From Patescibacteria group bacterium (GTDB lineage: Bacteria; Patescibacteriota; Microgenomatia; UBA1400; PJMF01): a stretch of 64,000 nucleotides of DNA. Under the pieces are notes generated by a model, which was not told the DNA's origin, did not search any database, and saw only the letters and a list, made by a program, of their open reading frames with translations. The position numbers and the translations under genes are program-made. The stretch spans positions 831,835 to 895,834 of the forward strand of contig BOKX01000001.1 in the NCBI GenBank assembly GCA_016861205.1, written 5' to 3'. Each line of letters starts with the position of its first letter. Position 1 is the stretch's first letter. Shown one piece after another: positions 9,809 through 19,275 of this stretch.

Positions 9809-10965
9809 TACGGTCCGATCTGAGTGGCTTGCAGTTTGTACCGTTGACTAGCTTGATACGCCTGTTCGATCTTGCTGCGGAGAAAGGCATCTGTCTTAGC
9901 CGCTGTTTCAATATCTGCCATGACTTGTTGTAGCTCGAGATCGCTTAACTTCGGTCCAAACAAAAGGACTTGGTTCCCGGCTTTGAGTGCCGCAATCGCC
10001 CGTTCACTCAATGATTTAGGTGGTTTATCTTGGCCATTGTACCCAGCCGATACCATCTCTAAGGCATCTGTCACAATCAGAGCTGATGGAAAATTGGCCG
10101 CCAACTCTTGTACACAAGCATCACTTTGTGAGCAGGGAATATCTGGATACTGATTGGTCACACCAACATGACTAACCATCACCGCCAACTTTGGAAACTT
10201 GTCCAAAATTTGCGCAAACACCCCAGCTTCAGCTGGATTTACCTCGACTCGAGCAAAGTTGGTATGCAGATCACGACTGGCGGCTCCGATCCCAGGAAAG
10301 TGTTTAATGACGGGTTGCACATCGGCCGCTTGCCAGGCGGCAATCACTGCTAAGCTGCGAGTGAGTACCACATCTGGCTGATCACTGCAGAGTCGTGTAC
10401 CTAAGACGCGGCTACCCGACCGCAAATCGAGAACTGGCCCCAACACGCCGTCTACCCCCACAGCCTTGAGTTCGCGTGCCGCCGTGGTAATCGCTTCACC
10501 ACTTTGGGTAGCGGACTGTTGACACAACTCACTCCAGCTCGGCACCTTGGAAAAACCTTCTCCGCTCAAGCGCTGCACAGTGCCACCCTCATGATCGACC
10601 CACACCCATGGCGCCGCGGCTTGCGTATCGAGCTGATGAATCGCTGCCTGAGCTTGAGCCGCAGTTACCGAGGTCCCAAACAAAGTCACGTAGCCAGGTT
10701 TCATTAGTGCGATGGTCTGCAACTCCGCCGAGAATGAAGCTGGCTCTGCATCAAGGTCAACTGGCCAAGCCATAATCCCGGCAATCTGTTGATTGATGGT
10801 AACTGGCACCGTGGTTGGACTGGGTGCGGGCACTGGCGAAGCTTTCAAGTGCGCCAGCTGTTGCGAAAAATAACGTTCAAATGGCCGAGCATAGTAGTTC
10901 CAACCCAGCCCTGCGGCGATCAGAGCCAAAACCGCAATCAAACTATACGTAGGTAGTCTCGACAT
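9808..10965 (-). CDS. nagZ: GH3 beta-N-acetylhexosaminidase (NagZ-like), N-terminal anchor
   Basis: VDHEGGTVQRL, GPVLD, KHFPGIG...DLH, IVTDALEM. Confidence 0.85.
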   Translation of the reverse strand: MSRLPTYSLIAVLALIAAGLGWNYYARPFERYFSQQLAHLKASPVPAPSPTTVPVTINQQIAGIMAWPVDLDAEPASFSAELQTIALMKPGYVTLFGTSVTAAQAQAAIHQLDTQAAAPWVWVDHEGGTVQRLSGEGFSKVPSWSELCQQSATQSGEAITTAARELKAVGVDGVLGPVLDLRSGSRVLGTRLCSDQPDVVLTRSLAVIAAWQAADVQPVIKHFPGIGAASRDLHTNFARVEVNPAEAGVFAQILDKFPKLAVMVSHVGVTNQYPDIPCSQSDACVQELAANFPSALIVTDALEMVSAGYNGQDKPPKSLSERAIAALKAGNQVLLFGPKLSDLELQQVMADIETAAKTDAFLRSKIEQAYQASQRYKLQATQIGP

Positions 10966-10973
10966 AAATATAG

Positions 10974-11318
10974 TTATTTCCCAATTGCAGTAGGCTGCTT
11001 GTCAGCCAACTCAGTCCGCAACTGTTTTACCTTCCACATAAATAACTTGGCTTTACTTTTTGCTTGTGAATCTGAAACAAATCCCAATGCCTGATCGAGA
11101 ATCCGGCGATCAACTGTCTTCGCCATTTTCATATATACGCTCTTGTGTGGCAAGTCGTCCAAAGCGACCGCCAAGCGATATGCGTAGTCTTGAAACTCCT
11201 GAGTAATGTAGCCACCTTTATCCTGTAGTTGGTAACCCTGGAGCAAGTTGCCAAGCGGCAACGCACCTTGATGGGTTGTTGAGCCCGCTGGTTGGTGTGT
11301 CTGACTTTTTTTAGTCAT
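10974..11318 (-). CDS. hypothetical protein
   Basis: 114-aa ORF packed between pth and nagZ on the same strand. Confidence 0.7.
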   Translation of the reverse strand: MTKKSQTHQPAGSTTHQGALPLGNLLQGYQLQDKGGYITQEFQDYAYRLAVALDDLPHKSVYMKMAKTVDRRILDQALGFVSDSQAKSKAKLFMWKVKQLRTELADKQPTAIGK

Positions 11319-11323
11319 GTTAG

Positions 11324-11896
11324 TTATTTCGGCTGGTCAAACATTTGTTTGGCAACCTGTGCAGAAGCTTTAGCAATCGCCGTAGCTAATTCGGCTCGCT
11401 CCGTCTTAGTGAAAGACTGCAAAACATATGCTGAACCTGGTAGGCTGCGATCGCCTTGTCTCGCATCAATGCCGAGCCTCACATGCCAAAACTGCTGTGT
11501 ACCTAAGTGTTGATACAACGAGCTCAAACCATTGTGTACTTTTGGTCCAGTTCCAAACTGGATTTTGACCTGGCCAAGTTGCAAATCGAGATCATCGTGG
11601 CACACCCAAAGGTTGGTGAGTCCTTGTGACACCCGGGCTAAGCTCGCTTTGTCGTAAAACTGCAGCAACGCCCTAGCTGCTTGGCCGGAATTGTTCATGA
11701 AAGTATGGGGCTTGGCCAACAAGAGCGTTTTAGCTCGACTGACTTCGGCTGGCCATTTGTTTTCGAGCAAAAAAGCTGGCAGCTGGCTATCAACTTTCCA
11801 TTGTTCCCACATCTCATCAACTGCCATAAAACCGGCATTGTGCCGAGAGAGAGCGTACGTTTCGCCTGGATTGCCCAGACCGATCACAAAGTTCAT
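11324..11896 (-). CDS. pth: peptidyl-tRNA hydrolase
   Basis: IGLGNPG, RHNAGF, KPHTFMNNSG, HDDLD, HNGLSS, RLGI. Confidence 0.95.
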   Translation of the reverse strand: MNFVIGLGNPGETYALSRHNAGFMAVDEMWEQWKVDSQLPAFLLENKWPAEVSRAKTLLLAKPHTFMNNSGQAARALLQFYDKASLARVSQGLTNLWVCHDDLDLQLGQVKIQFGTGPKVHNGLSSLYQHLGTQQFWHVRLGIDARQGDRSLPGSAYVLQSFTKTERAELATAIAKASAQVAKQMFDQPK

Positions 11897-11933
11897 ATGC
11901 TTGATTGTAACTCAAACCAGGTATAATCGGTGA

Positions 11934-13082
11934 GTGCCAAGCCATGTTGATCGTCGTTCACCCGCTGCCAGTGCTTCACATCGGCCGGTTATCGCGATCC
12001 TATCAGCCAATCAAGGTCATGCCAGTCTGGCAGAAGCAGCCGCGCACCATTTAGCTGACCGCTACCAGATAGTCACTTTCCAACAACCTATCAAAGCCAG
12101 TGATGCGTACACCTTAGTTTATCGCTACATTCCTTGGGCGTTTCGTGCGGTTTATCAGGTATCAACGTTAGGTTTGATTCAAGCTCTCGCTCGCTGGTTC
12201 TTTTACTGGGATGATGCTCAAAAAATGCACGCTTTTCTCCATCGCCATCAGCCCGCAGCGTGTTTGACAACATACTTCAGCTACCTACCTATTCTTGAGA
12301 AGTGGCAACGTCAGACTGGCCGACCAGTTTTCAATGTGGTGGCCAACCCTAGGACCACTCACCCATTAGAAATTGCCGCGAATCCTGTTAACAACTTCGT
12401 CTTTGATGAGTTCCAAGTTAAGCGCGCTTGCCAGCTAAAACCTGGTAGCTACCTGACTGAGCTCGGGTGGCTCACTCGGCCTGAGTTTAAGCCAGCTACC
12501 AACAGAAAGTCCTTGCGTACGCAACTCAAACTTGATCCTGATCGGCTCACCTTCACCTTGATCGGTGGCTCAGAAGGGAGTCAAACCCTATCTCGTATTA
12601 CGAAGTACTTAACCCAGACACATCGCGAACACATACAACTCGTTGTGGTGTGCGGTACTAACAAGTTACTTCTCCAAGAGCTGACGAGCTGGCGAGCTGA
12701 CCTACCGACCGACCTGCAAGCCAATGTACATTTGGTAGGCTTCACTACCAAGCTGGAAGAGTATGTGCGAGTAGCCGACTTAGTAGTGGGAAAAGCTGGT
12801 CCAAACAGTCTTTTTGAAACCACTGCTTGTGAAGTTCCGTTTGTGGCCATGACGCATATTTCAGGTCAAGAAGATGGCAATCTGGAGTTGATCCAAGAAA
12901 AACAACTCGGTATGGTTTTGGAAGAGTGGTCAGAGTTGGTGGCTTACCTTGATTTAGTGGTGAATGATCCCACCCAGCTCGAACGTTTCACCAAACATAT
13001 CAAAATCACGGCTGAGTATTTACGTCAAACAGGGCCACGTCTCAAAGCCGTTGTGAGCTCTGCTTTAGCAGAGCTAAGATAG
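11934..13082 (+). CDS. MGDG-synthase/UgtP-like glycosyltransferase (GT28 C-terminal domain)
   Basis: GH motif near the N-terminus, GGSEG, VVCGTN, ADLVVGKAGPNSLFE, GQEDGN. Confidence 0.85.
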   Translation: MPSHVDRRSPAASASHRPVIAILSANQGHASLAEAAAHHLADRYQIVTFQQPIKASDAYTLVYRYIPWAFRAVYQVSTLGLIQALARWFFYWDDAQKMHAFLHRHQPAACLTTYFSYLPILEKWQRQTGRPVFNVVANPRTTHPLEIAANPVNNFVFDEFQVKRACQLKPGSYLTELGWLTRPEFKPATNRKSLRTQLKLDPDRLTFTLIGGSEGSQTLSRITKYLTQTHREHIQLVVVCGTNKLLLQELTSWRADLPTDLQANVHLVGFTTKLEEYVRVADLVVGKAGPNSLFETTACEVPFVAMTHISGQEDGNLELIQEKQLGMVLEEWSELVAYLDLVVNDPTQLERFTKHIKITAEYLRQTGPRLKAVVSSALAELR

Positions 13083-13090
13083 TTCGTTGT

Positions 13091-13960
13091 ATGCCAAAAG
13101 CTACGCCACCTTTTTTTACGATAGTTATCCCCACTCTTAACGAAGCCAAGTATGTTCCCACACTCCTAAAAGATTTGGTGCATCAAAGTTATCAAGACTT
13201 TGAAGTAGTTATCGTTGATGGTGGTTCAAGTGACAATACGTTGACAAAGGTCAACCGTTTCGGCGACCAACTCAAACTAAAACCGGTTGTCAGTTCGGTC
13301 GCCAACGTTGCAGCTCAACGAAACTTAGGGGCCGTCACAGCGCAAGGCCAGTGGATTATTTTCATGGACGCAGATAATCGCCTACCAAGCTACTTTTTGT
13401 TGGGAGTTAAGTATCAACTGGAGCGTCGGCCAGAAACCAAAGCTTTTACCACTTGGATGGATACTCGCAGCTATCGCAACCGAGACGCCACGTTAATTGC
13501 CACCACCTACAACTTAGGTATGCAAGCCTACTCTTTACTGAAAAAACCAACTGCCGTCGGGGCGTTGATCGGTGTTCACCGTAGCGTTGCAACAAAGATC
13601 AAGTTTCGCGACAATCAAGGCCAGTTTGAAGATTACGACTACATCAATCAAATAAACAAGCATCGCTGGCCATTTCTGATTTTGCGCGAACCAATGTACA
13701 CCTACTCTATGCGGCGATTTCAAAAAGAGGGCACCCTCAAAATGATGCGTGTGTATGCTTTGGCCAACATCAACTCACTCCTCGGTCGAACCAACGCCCA
13801 GGTGCTCGCTAAGTATCCTATGCAAGGCGGCCAGTACTACCTACCGAGTAATGGGTCTGACAAGGTTGGTTTCTTAGGCAAACTGCAAACCACTTTGCGA
13901 CATATACCTCGGTCGGAACTCAGACGACTGCAAAAAACCTTGGGAGACTTGCTCGAATGA
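13091..13960 (+). CDS. glycosyltransferase family 2
   Basis: IVIPTLNE, VDGGSSDNT, RNLGA, FMDAD (DxD), FED. Confidence 0.92.
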   Translation: MPKATPPFFTIVIPTLNEAKYVPTLLKDLVHQSYQDFEVVIVDGGSSDNTLTKVNRFGDQLKLKPVVSSVANVAAQRNLGAVTAQGQWIIFMDADNRLPSYFLLGVKYQLERRPETKAFTTWMDTRSYRNRDATLIATTYNLGMQAYSLLKKPTAVGALIGVHRSVATKIKFRDNQGQFEDYDYINQINKHRWPFLILREPMYTYSMRRFQKEGTLKMMRVYALANINSLLGRTNAQVLAKYPMQGGQYYLPSNGSDKVGFLGKLQTTLRHIPRSELRRLQKTLGDLLE

Positions 13961-14832
13961 AACCCAGCCAAACGCGACGGCTGCGTAGCTTTGATGACGC
14001 CGAACTGTACGTTGAGATTTACGACCCCCCACAAGGTGACGCAGTGTTTGACGTGGTCCTTGTTCACGGGCTGACTGGCGACACCGCTGCGTACTCATGG
14101 GTCATTGAAGGTCTTCAGCAAAACTCGCCAGTACCCATTCGGTGTCTCACTTTCGACTTACGAGGACACGGGTGGTCGGCTTGTCACTTTCCGGTTAACG
14201 AACCCCACTTGATTCGCACCTTGGCACGGGACTTAAACGAAGTATGTCAGCAGCTAGTAACTCACCCCTTGATCTTGGCAGGTCAAAGCTTATTTGGTTT
14301 GGTTATTCAACATTACTTCACCATTGAGAAACATATCCCGCCAGTCGCGACTGTCTTGATTACACCGGTCACCCAAACCGCACCACTTTCAATCAACTCC
14401 AGCTGGTGGTGGCACCAACTGCTCAAAGCCTCCCGAGCTTGGACACCTCATCCCACTAAACGATCTTCGGATGATCACCTACGATACTTGGGTAGTTTTG
14501 ACTACTCACCACACCGAATTCGCTCGGACATCACTTTCATGGGACTCAAACGCTATCTACTCTTATGGCTATCACTTTTCGGACAACGCAGTTCAAATCT
14601 AGCGGCTCTCAACAATCCAAACACACATTACATTTACGGCTTGCAAGACAGAATCGTGTCTAGCTATATTCAACGCCGGGTTTTGAAACACCTGCCGCTC
14701 GCAACCAGCTATCCAATTAACAGCAACCACAACGCCATTGTGAATCATCCCAAAGAGGTCACATCTGTGTTACTCAACGTCATCACCAGCTGTCTGCCGA
14801 ATGTTCAGGTCGCGTCTAAAAACTCACGCTAA
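13957..14832 (+). CDS. alpha/beta hydrolase fold protein
   Basis: LVHGLTG, FDLRGHGWS, elbow-like GQSLFG, GLQDRIV, late His. Confidence 0.82.
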   Translation: MKPSQTRRLRSFDDAELYVEIYDPPQGDAVFDVVLVHGLTGDTAAYSWVIEGLQQNSPVPIRCLTFDLRGHGWSACHFPVNEPHLIRTLARDLNEVCQQLVTHPLILAGQSLFGLVIQHYFTIEKHIPPVATVLITPVTQTAPLSINSSWWWHQLLKASRAWTPHPTKRSSDDHLRYLGSFDYSPHRIRSDITFMGLKRYLLLWLSLFGQRSSNLAALNNPNTHYIYGLQDRIVSSYIQRRVLKHLPLATSYPINSNHNAIVNHPKEVTSVLLNVITSCLPNVQVASKNSR

Positions 14833-16596
14833 CTGTTTTACCTCAACCAACGTAGTAGCATCTTGCCATTTTTTGTCGGGTCGAAATCTGACCAAACGGG
14901 GAAATCGCAAAGCCAGACCAGCTGTGTGTTGAGGCGACGTTGTGAGCTCATCGGCAGCAACTTCCACCACCAAACTTGGCTCTACCCACACATCCGGTAT
15001 CAAAGCTTTAGCCACTTGATACACCGCCGGGGCGGTCGAAACTTGGTGCGGTTTTAGGGTGGTGTGCAGCGTTCGAAACTGCTCGTCAGATAAACCTGTC
15101 CCAATTTTAGCCAAGGTCACCACTTGCCCTTCCGCATCCAACACACCCACCAAAAAAGCCCCCAACCCAAACTCGGTCCGTTTACCCCGACCTTGGTAGT
15201 ATCCCATCACCACGGCGTCAATGGTGTCTAACAGTTTGCCACGGGTACCTTCAGCTTCCTTCATCTTCACCCACGCCCAACCTTTACGACCCGGCTGATA
15301 GTTGCTGACCACCTGTTTAATAACTACTCCCTCCAATCCCTCTGCCAAAGCTTGCGTGTGGAGCTGCTGCACCGCTTCGGGTTTGTCAGCCAGCTCATAT
15401 GGAGTAGTTAAAAATACCTCGTTTTTCTTAAAAAGCTTTTTTAAAAGCTCTTTTCTATCTTGCAACTTTTCCTGAATCAGAGTCTTGCCGTCTAGGGCTA
15501 GCACATCAAACACGAAAAACTTTAATGGGATCTGAGCTGCTGTTTCAGCCACCCCGTGCTTGCGTTTGCGAGTGATCGTTTCTTGAAATGGTTTCAACTT
15601 CCCCGTGGTCGGATCAAAGCCAATCGCTTCTCCGTCCAACACACACTCATCACAGTTCACGACTTCACCCAGCTGACTCAATTCCGGAAACATCTCGGTG
15701 CTGACTTCCAAGCTGCGACTAAAACTACGAATGAGCTCAGGCTGCTTTGCTGTCGCTCGACGATAATGGATTTGAACCCGAACCCCGTCGTACTTCGGTT
15801 CGACAAAAACGTGATCCATTTTGGCAATCACTTCAGCTGCGGTTTCCAGCCGCTGACATAAGGCTGGGGTAACCGGTACTCCAACTTCGATTGAGTACGC
15901 AGCCAGTTGCTGTTGACGATCTGCTTCGCGATGATGACTGAGATATAACTCTGCCAAGTGCCCAATGTCAGTCTGCTTTTGCCAAGCCGCTTCCAGTAAA
16001 TCGCGCTCAGCCTTACTGCCTGTCATCGTCCACGACAAAGCATCGATAATGGTCATTGTCGAAAAACCGAGTCGAAGTTTGCCGATGATCATTCTCGTCA
16101 CGAACTTAGCAGATACGCCATCCAACTCTTGCAACAACTCACTCAGCAGCTGAATTTTCTGGTCTTGTGAGCCTGCCCCACGGGCATCAGCAATCGCCAA
16201 CAAACGCTCATATACCTGGGTAAGAGTCAGTTGCTGTGTGGGGTGTTGACTGACTGTGACTTCTGCGGCTAGGTCGCCGATGTCACCCAATTTCTGATAA
16301 CGCTGATTCAGTTCGAGTTCAACAGTGGACCAGTCGGGCTCCGCGAACAAAGTTTGCGTTTGAGCAGCTTTGGCAGGAGTGAGACGGACCAAACTTTTTA
16401 TCACAGACTTGGTAGCTACTTGAAACTCGCGCCCTTCATATGCCGGCCTGAGTTGTCCCAACAGGAAGTTGCACGCTGGCTGGACTTCAGTTGGTTTGAG
16501 GTCTTTGAAAAGTTTGGCAAGAACTCCAGTGATTTCCAGTCGGCTCGAAATTCCATCTAATGTCTGTAAATACGTAGCAAACTCGGCAAATGTCAT
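14824..16596 (-). CDS. lig: ATP-dependent DNA ligase (archaeal/eukaryotic type with DNA-binding domain)
   Basis: EPKYDGVRVQIH, LDGEA, FDVL, EGVVIK, WVKMK, LRFPR. Confidence 0.95.
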   Translation of the reverse strand: MTFAEFATYLQTLDGISSRLEITGVLAKLFKDLKPTEVQPACNFLLGQLRPAYEGREFQVATKSVIKSLVRLTPAKAAQTQTLFAEPDWSTVELELNQRYQKLGDIGDLAAEVTVSQHPTQQLTLTQVYERLLAIADARGAGSQDQKIQLLSELLQELDGVSAKFVTRMIIGKLRLGFSTMTIIDALSWTMTGSKAERDLLEAAWQKQTDIGHLAELYLSHHREADRQQQLAAYSIEVGVPVTPALCQRLETAAEVIAKMDHVFVEPKYDGVRVQIHYRRATAKQPELIRSFSRSLEVSTEMFPELSQLGEVVNCDECVLDGEAIGFDPTTGKLKPFQETITRKRKHGVAETAAQIPLKFFVFDVLALDGKTLIQEKLQDRKELLKKLFKKNEVFLTTPYELADKPEAVQQLHTQALAEGLEGVVIKQVVSNYQPGRKGWAWVKMKEAEGTRGKLLDTIDAVVMGYYQGRGKRTEFGLGAFLVGVLDAEGQVVTLAKIGTGLSDEQFRTLHTTLKPHQVSTAPAVYQVAKALIPDVWVEPSLVVEVAADELTTSPQHTAGLALRFPRLVRFRPDKKWQDATTLVEVKQLA

Positions 16597-16681
16597 GGAA
16601 CTCCTTGCAAAAACTCGTACTCAAAGTCTACCAAAGTTACTCAGCTAGAGGGCAACCAAAACCTGCGAGAGCAGGCTAGTT

Positions 16682-17773
16682 CTAATCACGCAACCGATAA
16701 CGAACACCTTTGGTGACACCCTGTTTTTCGATAACCCGCTTGGCAATTAAATCCTTTATATCGCGCAAAATCGTATCAACAGATACATTAGGCAGAGCGG
16801 CTTGAGCATCTTGGGAAGTAATTTCACCTTGGTTGTGCAGCAGTTCGAGTAAGATAATTTGTCGCTCAGACAACGCTACCTGCTCACCTAGTTGCTGTTT
16901 TAGCTTGAGATCCTTAGACAATTTCAAAACTTGGTTCTTAATCTTCTCGATTTCAATGGCCAGCCCGTAACAAAAGTACTCCAGCCAATACGTGAGGTCG
17001 TGACCTTGGCTTTGCTGAACTGATAACAAGGCCTGATAGTAGCGATCAACATCTGCGTCAAAGTATTGCTCAAGAGAAAAGAACCGTTTGAAGTCATACT
17101 CACTGGTATACAAAACTAGAGTGGCCATGCCTCGCGCCGTCCGGCCATTGCCTTCAATAAATGGGTGAATAAACACGAGTTGGTAATGGGTAATAGCGGC
17201 TCGGAAAATTGGGTGCACAGTTTGGCTCGCTGGCCCGGATAACCAGGCAATGAAGTCTTCCAGTAAGTACGGGACCTCCACAGAAACCGGTGGTCGAAAC
17301 ACAATTTGACCATCACTGGCGCTGCGTACAATCACTTGCTTATCACGGAACCGACCCACATATCGATCCTCAATTAACTGTTGCATGGTCAACGTGTGAA
17401 GATGCTTGAGGGTTTCAATTGAAAAGAGTCGCGAGCTTTGTCGGGCATCCTGCTGGTCAATCCATCGGATCACATTTCGATAATTAATAACCTCTTGAAT
17501 ATCACGTTCACGAGCCAAGAGACCAGTTTTTTGGACAACTTCGTTGCTGCTGAGCATGCCATCGAGCCGGACCACCTGTTGCGTTTGCTCATGCGTCAAA
17601 TCGTTGCCTTCAATTTTGGTGCCAAAGTGCACCGTCCGGGTCAGAGCATCATCACGAAACTTCGCCTCCCAAGCTGGCACTAATGCTGCTTGATCAATTA
17701 ACGCTTTCGCTGCTTCGATGCGAGTAATGTACGTTAGTAAGTTGTTGGTGATGGAAAATTTTGGCTGATACAT
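16682..17773 (-). CDS. Fic family protein with C-terminal HTH
   Basis: HPFIEGNGRTAR Fic motif, TKIEGN inhibitory motif, C-terminal VSVDTILRDIKDL; start placed at MYQPKF. Confidence 0.92.
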   Translation of the reverse strand: MYQPKFSITNNLLTYITRIEAAKALIDQAALVPAWEAKFRDDALTRTVHFGTKIEGNDLTHEQTQQVVRLDGMLSSNEVVQKTGLLARERDIQEVINYRNVIRWIDQQDARQSSRLFSIETLKHLHTLTMQQLIEDRYVGRFRDKQVIVRSASDGQIVFRPPVSVEVPYLLEDFIAWLSGPASQTVHPIFRAAITHYQLVFIHPFIEGNGRTARGMATLVLYTSEYDFKRFFSLEQYFDADVDRYYQALLSVQQSQGHDLTYWLEYFCYGLAIEIEKIKNQVLKLSKDLKLKQQLGEQVALSERQIILLELLHNQGEITSQDAQAALPNVSVDTILRDIKDLIAKRVIEKQGVTKGVRYRLRD

Positions 17774-17876
17774 TCTGATCGATTGTAACAATTCACGCAA
17801 TTTTTGCAAGGAAAGTTTGGGGCTAAAACTGGCCAAAACTTGGCAATTCGTCGAATCCTTGTATACTATGCGCTAT

Positions 17877-18209
17877 ATGGCCACCGTCAAAACCGCTCGC
17901 TCACTCTCAGAACTCCCCTCGGCTACCATCCGGAGCATGATTGAGTTAGCCACCAGTGGCTTTGGGGTGGTGGTAGCTTTGGCCTGGAATGAGTTCATTC
18001 AAAAAGCCGTCCGCGACTACCTAGATCCTTATCTCGGCAAAAATAGTGGACTGATTTCAATGTTGATCTACGCAATAATCGTGACAGTTTTAGCTGTCGT
18101 AGTTACTATGCAGCTCGCTTATTTGCAAAATCGCTTTGAAGTTTTGGAGAGTAAAGTCAAAACTCGCCGGCCAGCTGCCCCGACCTCAACAACGCATTCA
18201 AAAAAGTAA
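17877..18209 (+). CDS. small membrane protein (DUF5654-like)
   Basis: TSGFGVVVALAWNE...YAIIVTVLAV; TATACT just upstream of the chosen ATG. Confidence 0.75.
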   Translation: MATVKTARSLSELPSATIRSMIELATSGFGVVVALAWNEFIQKAVRDYLDPYLGKNSGLISMLIYAIIVTVLAVVVTMQLAYLQNRFEVLESKVKTRRPAAPTSTTHSKK

Positions 18210-18228
18210 ATTCAGGCAACCAAGCTTT

Positions 18229-19245
18229 TTATTTGTTGAGCTGGTTGTGGTGGTAGGCTGACCACAACGCCACTGGCACTTCTATTACCAAATCGCTAGC
18301 ATTGAAGAAGGGCCCAACTCGCTGATAGAGCGTCTCACCAGCTAGCTTATTGGCATAACTTGCCAAAACCGCCGCTTCAAAGGCAGGGTGCGAACAGTAC
18401 AACCCGGCCACTATACCAGCCAATACATCGCCGGTGCCCCCTTTGGTCATGCCGGCGTTGCCGCCCTTGATTTCAGCTAGCACTGACTGGTCGTAGCTCT
18501 GCTGCCACTGTGTCACCCAATCTTGTTGACCTTTGACCAACACAGTCGCCTCACCAAGGAGCCGACTAACATGTTTCAAGTGACTTTTGAGGTCCGTCTT
18601 TTCTGACTCAGTCAATGTCTGATACTCGGCCAGACCTCTAGCCAGTGCACTCTCAAACCAGATGGGATCATGTTCCTGCCAATTGGCTGCAGTGTCAAAC
18701 TGCTCACCAGCAAACTCCCCATGATAGGAACCGTCAGCTTGTCGCACAGCCAGCGCCATGACGCGGCGATGATAAAGTGCTAAAAATTCCTGCTGATGCG
18801 GGGTGACGATGCAGTTGGCGTTCAGCAAGGTTGGCTCGATCATTTGCAGTGCCCCAGCATCGATGACCCATTTTTTGGTGGAATATGTCCGCAACAAGTG
18901 GTTGGTCAGATCGGCGGTCTCAGTGGTCCGCTCCATACCTGGACCAATCAATACAACGTCGGCCTCACGTAAGTACGACTCAACTTGATCACGGTCAATC
19001 ACAATGCCGTTCCAGAACTCACCTTTGGCAACGCGCACTAACTCATTGTTACTGGGCACCGAGGCATAAAACACCATGTCCACAAACTTGGACACGATGT
19101 CTAAGCTCCATTTGCTCGCTGCATGAAAAAGTTCCGATCCCCCAATCACCAAAACTTTCCCGTTCTGACCTTTATGAGAATCTGCGGCGGGCAACTGTAG
19201 TTTGCCGAGCAAACTAGCTAATTGAGGTGGGTTAACTTCTGGCAT
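18229..19245 (-). CDS. nnrD: NAD(P)H-hydrate dehydratase (YjeF C-terminal family)
   Basis: SHKGQNGKVLVIGGS, IGPGM, VIDAGAL, TPHQQEF, GNAGMTKGGTGDVLAG. Confidence 0.9.
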   Translation of the reverse strand: MPEVNPPQLASLLGKLQLPAADSHKGQNGKVLVIGGSELFHAASKWSLDIVSKFVDMVFYASVPSNNELVRVAKGEFWNGIVIDRDQVESYLREADVVLIGPGMERTTETADLTNHLLRTYSTKKWVIDAGALQMIEPTLLNANCIVTPHQQEFLALYHRRVMALAVRQADGSYHGEFAGEQFDTAANWQEHDPIWFESALARGLAEYQTLTESEKTDLKSHLKHVSRLLGEATVLVKGQQDWVTQWQQSYDQSVLAEIKGGNAGMTKGGTGDVLAGIVAGLYCSHPAFEAAVLASYANKLAGETLYQRVGPFFNASDLVIEVPVALWSAYHHNQLNK

Positions 19246-19275
19246 AAGTGGCTAAATTGTACTAGAAAAATGTGA

